Positions 1 to 7,602 of a stretch of DNA of 61,433 bases are shown in pieces. A program made the translations under genes and the position numbers. The DNA comes from a virus (lineage: Duplodnaviria > Caudoviricetes): the IMG/VR virus record IMGVR_UViG_3300032307_000254, positions 1 to 61,433 of that record, one strand, 5' to 3'. Every line of letters begins with the position of its first letter. The first letter of the stretch is position 1. Below the pieces are notes generated by a model. It searched no databases and was not told where the DNA came from. It saw nothing but the letters and a program-made list of their open reading frames with translations.

Positions 1-1
1 C

Positions 2-301
2 TACCCGCATGAGGGGGCCAAGGCCGAGTGGGAAGCCAAGATCGACGAGGGCGACGACTACCTGCTGGTCAACTATATCCGCGTGAGGTGGTGGCATGGG
101 GCGGACCATCCCAACGACGTGAACGCCGCACTGCGGCGCTTCACCGAGACCTTCGACACCGAGGATGCAGCGGAGCAGGGTGGCGCTCCCGCTGCCTATG
201 ACCTTGTGCGTATAGGCGAGGAGGAGACTGACACCGAGATCGACCGCAGCGGATGGACACACTACCGGCTGGACGTGAGCCGCGAGATTGTTTTCGCCTG
301 A
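2..301 (+). CDS. hypothetical early protein, 5'-truncated at window edge
   Basis: Frame of ORF 83..301 stays open back to base 2 (YPHEGAKAEWEAKIDEGDD...); stop TGA 299-301. Confidence 0.75.
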   Translation, partial: YPHEGAKAEWEAKIDEGDDYLLVNYIRVRWWHGADHPNDVNAALRRFTETFDTEDAAEQGGAPAAYDLVRIGEEETDTEIDRSGWTHYRLDVSREIVFA

Positions 302-317
302 ACGAGGAGCAAACCAC

Positions 318-497
318 ATGGATACACCGATGACCACGAGGGGTAGGACTATGCCGCCACCGCTCGACCCGAATGTCCGCGCTACTGTTAGCGTTCTGGA
401 GGCCCGCGAGGGCGTGTTCACCTACATTGGCGGCAAGCTCCACTGCTACGACGCTAATGGTAAGGCCGTGCCGGTGCTAGAGAAGGGAGCAAACTGA
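318..497 (+). CDS. small hypothetical protein
   Basis: AGGAGCAAAC RBS at 305-314 before ATG 318; TGATG overlap with next gene. Confidence 0.7.
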   Translation: MDTPMTTRGRTMPPPLDPNVRATVSVLEAREGVFTYIGGKLHCYDANGKAVPVLEKGAN

Positions 498-769
498 TGG
501 AGCAGACTGTCGAATGGGGCACGACGCTGGTCGTGGCAACAGCGGGTCACGTCTGGGTGGCCAAGTCCATCACCTACGATGGGCAGTTCTATCACCTGCA
601 TAACGCACGCGCCGTGCGGCGCTGGGGCACGACGGAGGGTCTCAACGAGCTGGTGCGTGGCCCGACCAAAGATACGGTGCTTGACGCCCCTGCGCCCCTG
701 CTGACGGTGGTGCCGGTCGCTATGATCGCGCTCATCCCGTGCAGCGAGGGCTGCTGGCCCGACTGGTGA
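497..769 (+). CDS. conserved phage beta-rich protein (DUF6948-like; possible Sm/SH3-type fold)
   Basis: GGAGCAAAC RBS; pattern V-V-x4-G-x-V...D...L-x-NAR-x-VRRWG typical of small phage proteins found upstream of Gly-rich genes. Confidence 0.6.
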   Translation: MEQTVEWGTTLVVATAGHVWVAKSITYDGQFYHLHNARAVRRWGTTEGLNELVRGPTKDTVLDAPAPLLTVVPVAMIALIPCSEGCWPDW

Positions 770-1008
770 TGGGGGCGTGCGGGGTGGGCAACCACCCCAT
801 CCACCTCTGGGCTCTGCTGGCTGGAAAGGGTGAGTTTTTCACGGGTTACAGCATGGGTGTAGTAGTCAACCATGGCTACGGCGACGGCAACCATGGAAAC
901 GGAGAGGGTAACGGCTGGGGCTCTAGAGGCAAAGACAGCGGTGGCGGTCATAACTACGGTTGGGGTGGAGGACATGGGAATGAACGAGGCGGTGGCCCTG
1001 ACTCATAA
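769..1008 (+). CDS. Gly-rich mini-protein 1 (HPIHLW leader family)
   Basis: TGATG coupling with upstream gene; NHPIHLWALL followed by G-x-G repeats. Confidence 0.7.
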   Translation: MGACGVGNHPIHLWALLAGKGEFFTGYSMGVVVNHGYGDGNHGNGEGNGWGSRGKDSGGGHNYGWGGGHGNERGGGPDS

Positions 1009-1291
1009 TAAGCACCCCATCCACCTCTGGCCCCTGCTGATCGTAGGAAGCGTGCTCCACGACGACTCTCTGTGTGGTGAGAAGGACTACACCAGCAACT
1101 GCGGCGACGGCGACGGCGATGGTGCCGGACATGGTGGCATCAACGGTAACGGCTACGGCTACGGCGACGGCTTGGTGGCAGGAGGTGGCTGGGGTGACAC
1201 TCGCTACGGCGACGGCTGCGGCAACGGCGACGGTAGCGGAGAGGGTGGTTATGACACTGGTGACGGTAGCGGGGATGGCAGCTGTGACTAA
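980..1291 (+). CDS. Gly-rich mini-protein 2 (HPIHLW leader family)
   Basis: GGAGGA at 967-972 before ATG 980; KHPIHLWPLL followed by GDGDG/GYGYG repeats. Confidence 0.75.
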   Translation: MNEAVALTHNKHPIHLWPLLIVGSVLHDDSLCGEKDYTSNCGDGDGDGAGHGGINGNGYGYGDGLVAGGGWGDTRYGDGCGNGDGSGEGGYDTGDGSGDGSCD

Positions 1292-1517
1292 GCACCCCAT
1301 CCACCTCTGGCCCCTGCTGGTCATTGGGTCGGACACTTGGTTTAGCCACAATGGCAGATGGACCGGTGACGGCGGGGGTAATGGCTGCGAATACGACGTA
1401 ATCGGCGGCTGCGGCTGGGGCAAAGGCGATGCAGCTGATGTCTATGGCGGTGGCTGGGGTGACACTACTCGCGGCGACGGCGCTGGAAACGGTTGGGGCG
1501 TTGAAGAATATGACTAA
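1284..1517 (+). CDS. Gly-rich mini-protein 3 (HPIHLW leader family)
   Basis: GTGACTAAG start overlapping previous stop (alternative ATG 1275); KHPIHLWPLL followed by Gly-rich tract. Confidence 0.7.
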   Translation: MTKHPIHLWPLLVIGSDTWFSHNGRWTGDGGGNGCEYDVIGGCGWGKGDAADVYGGGWGDTTRGDGAGNGWGVEEYD

Positions 1518-1740
1518 GCACCCCGTCCACATATGGCCCCTGCTGCTGCATGGGTCCGAGACTTTCGATGCGGGTTTCGCCCTTGGTTACAAGGACTACC
1601 ACAGTATGGTTAGGAAAGGTGATGGCTACGGCTACGGCGCAAGCTACGGCTACGGTGATGGTGACGACGCCAACGGCCACGGTGGAGGCCGGGGCGACGG
1701 CAGTGTCTATGGGATGCAAGATGGCGACGGGCAGGGTTGA
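1510..1740 (+). CDS. Gly-rich mini-protein 4 (HPVHIW leader family)
   Basis: ATGACTAAG start overlapping previous stop; KHPVHIWPLL followed by GDGYGYG tract. Confidence 0.75.
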   Translation: MTKHPVHIWPLLLHGSETFDAGFALGYKDYHSMVRKGDGYGYGASYGYGDGDDANGHGGGRGDGSVYGMQDGDGQG

Positions 1741-1766
1741 TAGCCCATTTGGTAAAGGAGACGAAA

Positions 1767-1919
1767 ATGCACGACCGCAACTACTACCGGATGCTGACCA
1801 ACGCTGAGCTGGTGGAGCAGGTTCGCTACGGACAGGACGTCAACTGGCATGAGCTGGCCATCGTGCTGGCCGAGCGGCTGGAGACGGTGCGCGAGGATAC
1901 CCTCGACGAGCTGAGGTGA
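1767..1919 (+). CDS. small hypothetical protein
   Basis: AAAGGAG RBS before ATG 1767. Confidence 0.65.
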   Translation: MHDRNYYRMLTNAELVEQVRYGQDVNWHELAIVLAERLETVREDTLDELR

Positions 1920-1921
1920 GG

Positions 1922-1952
1922 TTGACAATAGCACTTATCTGTGCTACATAAT
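1922..1952 (+). promoter_or_regulatory. sigma70-type promoter with overlapping inverted repeat TAGCAC-N6-GTGCTA
   Basis: TTGACA 1922-1927, 17 nt, TG-n-TACATA 1942-1950; inverted repeat 1929-1946. Confidence 0.7.
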
Positions 1953-1980
1953 GAGGGCAGGGCGGAAGTGAGACCGCCCC

Positions 1981-2000
1981 TTCCTTACTCGGGTAAGGAA
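1981..2000. promoter_or_regulatory. palindromic operator-like site TTCCTTACTCGGGTAAGGAA
   Basis: Near-perfect 20-bp palindrome between promoter and RBS; core recurs at 3261, 4397, 60222 and 60270. Confidence 0.6.
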
Positions 2001-2031
2001 AGAGTGATGCAACCAATCAGGAGCAAACGAC

Positions 2032-3237
2032 ATGCTTTCCGCTGATCGGAAATTGAAGAAGGCCAAGCTCGACGTGATGCGCTCGACCCTGCCGGGTCTC
2101 CGGCTCTGGGCTGGTGTCATGTCGATAGGGAAAACTTCCCTCTCTGAGACTACGCCTACGGCCTATACCAACGGGCGCGATGAGGTCTACGGCACCGCTT
2201 TCATCGAGCGACTGCCGGTCAAGCAGGTCAGCTTTGTCTGTCTGCATGAGGCTATGCACAAGGGGCTGCGGCACCTGACCGTGTGGCGCAAGCTGTTCGA
2301 GAAGAACGCGAAGCTCGCCAACATGGCTTGTGACTACGTGGTTAACCGCACCATCAAGGCTGCCGACCCGCACGAGAGCGTGGTGCAGATGCCGCGCAAT
2401 CCAGACGGTAGCTTGCTCGGGCTATACGACCCGCGCTTCGACGGCATGTCGGCCAAGCAGGTGTTCGACATACTGGAGAAGGAGCAGGGCTCCGGCGATG
2501 CAGGCGACGGTGGCGGTGGCGAGGGCTTCGATGAGCATGGCTGGGACGACGCGCAGTCTCTCCCTGCCGAGGAGCAACAGGCGCTCCAGAAGGAGATCGA
2601 CATGGCGCTGCGGCGCGGTGAGATCGAGGCTAAGAAGTGCGGTGCTGGCAAGGGCGACATCCCCGCAGAGCTTGGCGAGCTGCTACGCCCGCAGATCAAC
2701 TGGAAGGACGCGCTGCAAGAGTTCATCACGCAGAATTGCACAACCAAGGACGACAGCAGTTACCGGCGCTTGAACCGGCGCTTCCACGCGCTCGACCTTA
2801 TCCTGCCCACGCCCTACGGCGAGAGCATGGGGCATATCGTGGTGGGTGCTGACCTGTCCGGCTCTATGTGGTGCGGCAACCCGTCGGACATGCAGAAGAT
2901 ACTCTCCGAGTTCGTGGGCATCGCCAACATGGTCAACCCCGAGCGGGTCGATCTGATCTACTGGGACAGCCACGTCACCGGTCACGAGGAATACAAGCAG
3001 GGTGACTACGACATGCTGCGGCAGGTGATGAAGCCACGTGGTGGCGGTGGCACCGACCCGTCGTGCGTCCCGCCCTACCTCAAGGAGAAGGACATCAAGC
3101 CCGACTGCATCGTGATGCTGACCGACGGCGAGGTGTTCAACCAGTGGGGCAGCAACTGGCCCGCCCCTGTGCTGTGGGTCATCTGCGGCAACCGCAACGT
3201 GACTGCCGGAACCGGCAAGACCGTCCACATGGACTGA
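2032..3237 (+). CDS. putative metallopeptidase plus VWA-like domain protein (DUF2201-like)
   Basis: HEAMH (HExxH) motif; MIDAS-like DLSGS, GGGGTD and LTDG motifs. Confidence 0.85.
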   Translation: MLSADRKLKKAKLDVMRSTLPGLRLWAGVMSIGKTSLSETTPTAYTNGRDEVYGTAFIERLPVKQVSFVCLHEAMHKGLRHLTVWRKLFEKNAKLANMACDYVVNRTIKAADPHESVVQMPRNPDGSLLGLYDPRFDGMSAKQVFDILEKEQGSGDAGDGGGGEGFDEHGWDDAQSLPAEEQQALQKEIDMALRRGEIEAKKCGAGKGDIPAELGELLRPQINWKDALQEFITQNCTTKDDSSYRRLNRRFHALDLILPTPYGESMGHIVVGADLSGSMWCGNPSDMQKILSEFVGIANMVNPERVDLIYWDSHVTGHEEYKQGDYDMLRQVMKPRGGGGTDPSCVPPYLKEKDIKPDCIVMLTDGEVFNQWGSNWPAPVLWVICGNRNVTAGTGKTVHMD

Positions 3238-3260
3238 GATTTAAGAGAGCGTGTCATTTA

Positions 3261-3274
3261 CCTTACCCGAGTAA
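3261..3274. promoter_or_regulatory. operator-like site CCTTACCCGAGTAA
   Basis: Exact reverse complement of 1985-1998; intergenic, upstream of the AAA ATPase. Confidence 0.55.
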
Positions 3275-3306
3275 CCAACCCACTACTACAATAGGAGCAA
3301 GCAACC

Positions 3307-4383
3307 ATGACTACCATCAACATGAACCCGCGTGTCTCGCTCGTCGAGGCTGCCGACCTCATCGCTGCTGTCGGCGTCAGCAACACTGTCCTGCTCAAGG
3401 GCGAGAAGGGCATCGGCAAGTCGAGCATCATGAAGGTGCTCAAGTCACGACTCGGTGCCGACTATGAGTATGCCTACTTCGATATGGGCAACAAGTCCGA
3501 GGGCGACACCGCCATCCCGTTCCCTGACCGCGAGCGCAAGGTCATGGAGTTCTTCATCAACACCGCGCTCAAGCTGCATACTGGCAAGCCCGTGGTCATC
3601 ATGCTGGACGAGTTCGGCAAGGCTCCGCGCTCCATCCAGAACATGATGCACACGCTGCTGGAGGTGGACAACAAGCGCATCCAAGACACCTTCCTGCCCG
3701 AGGGCAGCATCGTCTTCCTGACCACCAACCTGTCCGAGGAGGGGCTGGGTGACGCGCTGCTCGATCACAGTATCGACCGCCTGACCGTGGTCGAGGTGGC
3801 CAAGCCGACTGCCGATGAGTGGAAGCTCTGGGCTGCCGAGAATGACGTGCATCCTGCGCTCCTCGCGTGGGTCGATCAGACGCCGACCGTGCTGGCATCG
3901 TTCCGCGACTCGGACTTCGACGCTGATAACCCCTACGTCTATAACCCGAGGCGTGTGCAGGGTAAGTTCATCACCCCGCGCTCGCTGGAGCTCGCGTCCA
4001 ACATCGTCTGGAAGCGCAAGGACATCAGCGCCAACACGCTGTTCTGCGCGCTGGTGGGCACCATCGGCACGGTGGGGGCCAACGATCTTGCTGCCTATCT
4101 CTCTTATCAGGACGAGATTCCGACGCGTGACGTTATCCTCAACTCGCCCGGCACTGCGCCTATCCCGACGTCGGTAGGGGCAATCATCACGCTGCTGTTC
4201 AACCTTGAGCGTGCTGTGGACGGTGAGACCATCACGCCGATCATGGAGTATATCGGTCGCCTCGAAGCCGAGCATCAGGCGGTGTTCTGCACCACCCTCG
4301 CACGGTCGCCATCCAAGCAGACCTTCGCCTTCCGCAACAAGGCGTTCACCAACTGGGCTCGGGACAATCAGGATATTCTGTGA
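3307..4383 (+). CDS. AAA+ ATPase (MoxR/CbbQ-like), partner of the VWA protein
   Basis: Walker A GEKGIGKS, Walker B IMLDE, sensor TTN, TPRS motif. Confidence 0.85.
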   Translation: MTTINMNPRVSLVEAADLIAAVGVSNTVLLKGEKGIGKSSIMKVLKSRLGADYEYAYFDMGNKSEGDTAIPFPDRERKVMEFFINTALKLHTGKPVVIMLDEFGKAPRSIQNMMHTLLEVDNKRIQDTFLPEGSIVFLTTNLSEEGLGDALLDHSIDRLTVVEVAKPTADEWKLWAAENDVHPALLAWVDQTPTVLASFRDSDFDADNPYVYNPRRVQGKFITPRSLELASNIVWKRKDISANTLFCALVGTIGTVGANDLAAYLSYQDEIPTRDVILNSPGTAPIPTSVGAIITLLFNLERAVDGETITPIMEYIGRLEAEHQAVFCTTLARSPSKQTFAFRNKAFTNWARDNQDIL

Positions 4384-4396
4384 CCCCGGAGGTTAT

Positions 4397-4410
4397 CTTA
4401 ATCGATTAAG
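4397..4410. promoter_or_regulatory. perfect palindrome CTTAATCGATTAAG, operator-like
   Basis: Same CTTA-N6-TAAG geometry as 1984-1997; directly before the RBS of 4426. Confidence 0.5.
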
Positions 4411-4425
4411 GTAAGGAGCAAACCA

Positions 4426-4596
4426 ATGCCGAGAGCATCCGTTAGGAAAAAAGATGGTGTGGTCAAATACCGCAACATCACCGTCGATTCAGACATCGCC
4501 GACTTGTTGAACGCCAAGGCCGACGACCTCACCGAGATGTTTGGGTTCCGCCCAACCCTGTCGCAGACCCTGCGACACCTCATGAAGAAGGGGTAA
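4426..4596 (+). CDS. 56-aa putative ribbon-helix-helix-like DNA-binding protein (not in ORF track)
   Basis: AAGGAGCAAACCAATG start; MPRASVRKKDGVVKYRNITVDSDIADLLNAKADDLTEMFGFRPTLSQTLRHLMKKG has a strand-helix-helix pattern. Confidence 0.65.
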   Translation: MPRASVRKKDGVVKYRNITVDSDIADLLNAKADDLTEMFGFRPTLSQTLRHLMKKG

Positions 4597-4600
4597 GAGG

Positions 4601-4813
4601 GTGACCCCCTACACCCCGACCGATATGCGCAAGTATAGCTGCATCGTTGTGGGGGACCTGCCTGCATGGGAGGTCTCCTACTACAACTACCGTAACGAAA
4701 GACGCTCTGTCTGTGTCGGCGGTGTGGACGAGCTGGGGGCTTATGTCAGCGCCCTGAAGAGCTTGGACCGACGCAAAGCAAGAGCAGATAAACGAATAGG
4801 AGCAAACCAATGA
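4601..4813 (+). CDS. hypothetical protein
   Basis: Fills the gap between genes; ATGA overlap with next gene. Confidence 0.5.
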   Translation: MTPYTPTDMRKYSCIVVGDLPAWEVSYYNYRNERRSVCVGGVDELGAYVSALKSLDRRKARADKRIGANQ

Positions 4814-5661
4814 CCATCGCATCCTCCGCCATGCTGGTGGAGCTCAACATCTCTGTCTGGACCGCCAACAAGGTGGACAAGGCAGCAAGCCGCAAGGTGG
4901 CTGACGACAACCAAGCTGCCTCTGACGCGGGGCAGTTCCGCAAGAACCTCATGGCTGGTAGCTCGCTGCGTAAGCAGATCGCTGACTATGCTGCGGCGTG
5001 TCGCCTGTGGCACAACACCCGCACGATGCCTTGGGCGGATCGCGGGCCGCGCCTTCTGCCTACGTCGCTATTCTTTGACTACAAGACCGAAGTGGATGGG
5101 CGTCAGGCATATTTCCGCGACCTCGTTAACCGGTTCGAGTCAGAGTATCCCACGTTGCAGCGCACCGCCCAGAATTACCTTGGCGCGCTGTATGACGCGA
5201 CTGACTACCCGAGCGTCGAGGAGATGCGGAGCAAGTTCGGCTTCCGGCTGGTGTTCTCGCCTGTGCCCGAGGCTGGTGACTTCCGCGTAGACCTACCGGC
5301 GCAGGAGCTGATGGAGATGCGCGACCGCTACGAGCAAGCCGCCAACGACCGTGTGAGCCATGCGGTCAAGGAGCAGTGGGGCAAGCTGCATGACATGCTG
5401 TCGCGTATGTCGGAGAAGCTGATCGAGCCGGATGGCGATGACACCCGTCGCTGGCACGACACCTTCCTGACCAACGCGCACGAGATGTGCAGCTTGCTGA
5501 CCCATCTCAACATCACCCGCGACCCCGAGCTGGAGGAGGCACGGCGCAAGCTGGAGCGGGCCATCGCTGGCATCGAGATCGAAGACATCAAGGAAAGCGC
5601 AGGGGTTCGCGTGGACGTGAAGTCCAAGCTGGACGACATCCTGCGGCAGTATAACTGGTAA
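4810..5661 (+). CDS. conserved helical phage protein (DUF3150-like)
   Basis: RBS motif; TMPW-x-D-x-G-x-RLLP and DYPS motifs; sits beside the AAA/VWA pair as such proteins often do. Confidence 0.6.
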   Translation: MTIASSAMLVELNISVWTANKVDKAASRKVADDNQAASDAGQFRKNLMAGSSLRKQIADYAAACRLWHNTRTMPWADRGPRLLPTSLFFDYKTEVDGRQAYFRDLVNRFESEYPTLQRTAQNYLGALYDATDYPSVEEMRSKFGFRLVFSPVPEAGDFRVDLPAQELMEMRDRYEQAANDRVSHAVKEQWGKLHDMLSRMSEKLIEPDGDDTRRWHDTFLTNAHEMCSLLTHLNITRDPELEEARRKLERAIAGIEIEDIKESAGVRVDVKSKLDDILRQYNW

Positions 5662-5673
5662 GGAGCTACCCAC

Positions 5674-6564
5674 ATGTTCATGAACACAACTCGGTGCGAC
5701 TACATCAAGGTCGATGGATACCCGTCAGGTTCTATCATGGTAGAGCGCCCGCATACCATGGCGCAGACAGACCCCGGTCGGTCCGCAAGGCTGAGCGATG
5801 ACCTACGCCCGCTCGTGGACCGGCTCATGAAGGAGCGCCCACGCTGGCGCTTCTTGGCGCATCACGCCTACGGTGGTGGCAATCCCATCATCATCAAAGA
5901 GCTGCACGTCTACGAGGAGGACGAGAAACTGGGTGCCATAGGGGTCGAGCGCCACTGGCGCGACGCCTCATTGCGCTACAACTACACCAGCGCGCGCGGC
6001 GTGGCGGGTAGGGGACGGTATTCATCCAAGCTGCCCGTGGCTACCAAGGGCATCCTCAAGATGTTCTTCCTGCGCACGCCGCTGGAACGCCTCAGTGACG
6101 CAGCCAGCAAGATCAACGGCGTAACGGCCACCACGGTGGGTAAGGTGAACAACCGCGTATACACCACACGCCGGATGATCGAGGGTGCCGCATATGCCCG
6201 CGCCCTGTTGGACTGGCCCACTATGAAGGCCGTGCTTGGTGATGCTGTCGCAGATATAGACCTGCCGTCGCTGGCGCAGGAACAGGCCGACATAACTGTC
6301 CTCTCAAACGCAGTGAGCGACGGCAACGGGCGCATCGTGCGCGTAAACCGCGAGGACAACTACCTCGTGGGCCGTCGGGCGGAGGAGAACTATGCGATGG
6401 TCATCCATGATGACAACACGATGCCCGCCAACCTGAAGGGGAACTTGGGCATACTCAAGATGGTGGAGGACGGGAGCGCCATACCGGGTGTCGGGGTGCG
6501 CGTGGATGCCCAGACCTTCTTCGTGCTGATCGAAGAGGAGGCTGGAGATGGCAACGCTGAGTGA
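5674..6564 (+). CDS. hypothetical protein
   Basis: AAGGAG RBS; 296-aa ORF in the operon. Confidence 0.8.
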   Translation: MFMNTTRCDYIKVDGYPSGSIMVERPHTMAQTDPGRSARLSDDLRPLVDRLMKERPRWRFLAHHAYGGGNPIIIKELHVYEEDEKLGAIGVERHWRDASLRYNYTSARGVAGRGRYSSKLPVATKGILKMFFLRTPLERLSDAASKINGVTATTVGKVNNRVYTTRRMIEGAAYARALLDWPTMKAVLGDAVADIDLPSLAQEQADITVLSNAVSDGNGRIVRVNREDNYLVGRRAEENYAMVIHDDNTMPANLKGNLGILKMVEDGSAIPGVGVRVDAQTFFVLIEEEAGDGNAE

Positions 6565-6772
6565 CATGGAGCGCGCCAAGGCGGTGGACGCTGCCCGCAA
6601 GGCGCTTCACGACAACGGAGTCCACACTGTGTCAGACGCGGCCCTCGCTGCGACCGCGCTGATGCTACACGTCCTCATCGCCTACGTGGAACGTGGTGCG
6701 GCTGAGGAGGACATCGACAACCTATTGGCATGGCTCAAGGCTGAAGCCCTGAGGGAGGGAGGCAACGAATGA
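6548..6772 (+). CDS. hypothetical protein
   Basis: Overlapping, coupled ORF. Confidence 0.65.
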   Translation: MATLSDMERAKAVDAARKALHDNGVHTVSDAALAATALMLHVLIAYVERGAAEEDIDNLLAWLKAEALREGGNE

Positions 6773-7086
6773 CGGACGAGCGGCGCATGATATGCAGCGG
6801 GTGCGGCCATAGGCATGGGGACGAACGTCCCCTGCTGGCCATCTACACTGGCGGCGGGACTTGCGGCTGGTGCGGTGCGGAAGACGTGCCGGTCACCAAC
6901 CCCCGCGACTTCGGCATCCACCCAGAGCCCACGCCTAAAAAGCGTGGGCGGGGACCCGGCAAGAAACCAGCCATGGCGCACGTCACGGTGCGTCTACCTA
7001 AGCATGTGCTGGACCACTACGGTGGCGACACCAAGGCAATGCGCGATGCGTGGGTAGCCTACGTTGAGAGCAAGCAGCAGACTTGA
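6769..7086 (+). CDS. Zn-ribbon plus basic/RHH-like DNA-binding protein
   Basis: CSGC...CGWC; KKRGRGPGKKP; VTVRLPKHVLDHY; GGGAGG RBS. Confidence 0.6.
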   Translation: MTDERRMICSGCGHRHGDERPLLAIYTGGGTCGWCGAEDVPVTNPRDFGIHPEPTPKKRGRGPGKKPAMAHVTVRLPKHVLDHYGGDTKAMRDAWVAYVESKQQT

Positions 7087-7110
7087 CATAGTATGGCTGC
7101 GCAGTATCAC
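7083..7110 (+). promoter_or_regulatory. sigma70-type promoter
   Basis: TTGACA 7083-7088, 16 nt, TATCAC 7105-7110. Confidence 0.55.
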
Positions 7111-7132
7111 TGACACCTGAAGGAGCAACTTC

Positions 7133-7438
7133 ATGGCAAAGACCCCAGAAGGGAAAGTCAAAGATCGAGTAGTCGCCGCTCTCAAAGATGCTGGCGCTTA
7201 CTACTTCTTCCCAGCCACGCACGGCTTTGGCCGGAGCGGGGTTCCCGACGTCGTGGCCTGTATCAACGGGCGCTTCCTCGGCATCGAGTGCAAAGCTGGC
7301 ACCAACAAACCAACGGCGCTGCAAGTGCGGGAGCTTGAACGCATCCGCCTTGCTGGCGGCGTGGCCGTCGTCGTCAACGAAACGAACGTGGATATGCTGC
7401 CCGCCATGCTGGTGCGGCTCAAGTGGGGGGAGGAGTAA
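7133..7438 (+). CDS. VRR-NUC domain nuclease (Holliday-junction resolvase-like)
   Basis: PE-x-KV...GVPD...IECKAG...PTALQ PD-(D/E)xK signature. Confidence 0.85.
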   Translation: MAKTPEGKVKDRVVAALKDAGAYYFFPATHGFGRSGVPDVVACINGRFLGIECKAGTNKPTALQVRELERIRLAGGVAVVVNETNVDMLPAMLVRLKWGEE

Positions 7439-7602
7439 TGCCCTGCCCCTCCCTCGTCACCTTCCTGAAGGTCAACTTCGATTGGGAGTTGGGCGACTGG
7501 AAGGACTGGGAGATACCGTTTTGACAAGGTGCTCTGCAACCTGCGGGTGAGCGCAATTACCAGAGCGATACGCGCTCCGTACAAGATCGGATGAAGTAAG
7601 CA

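Larger units (their letters stand above)
793..1546 (+). repeat. four dispersed copies of CACCCC(A/G)TCCAC(C/A)T(C/A)TGG encoding the shared leader
   Basis: Copies start at 793, 1013, 1293 and 1519; 1009-1039 and 1289-1319 are identical. Confidence 0.9.

Noticed and set aside
793-1546. Repeats at 220-280 bp spacing plus a Cas4-like nuclease elsewhere, suggesting a CRISPR-like array
   Set aside because: The repeats are in-frame coding leaders with long, variable coding spacers. No cas1/cas2 is present, and Cas4-like exonucleases are ordinary phage replication genes.
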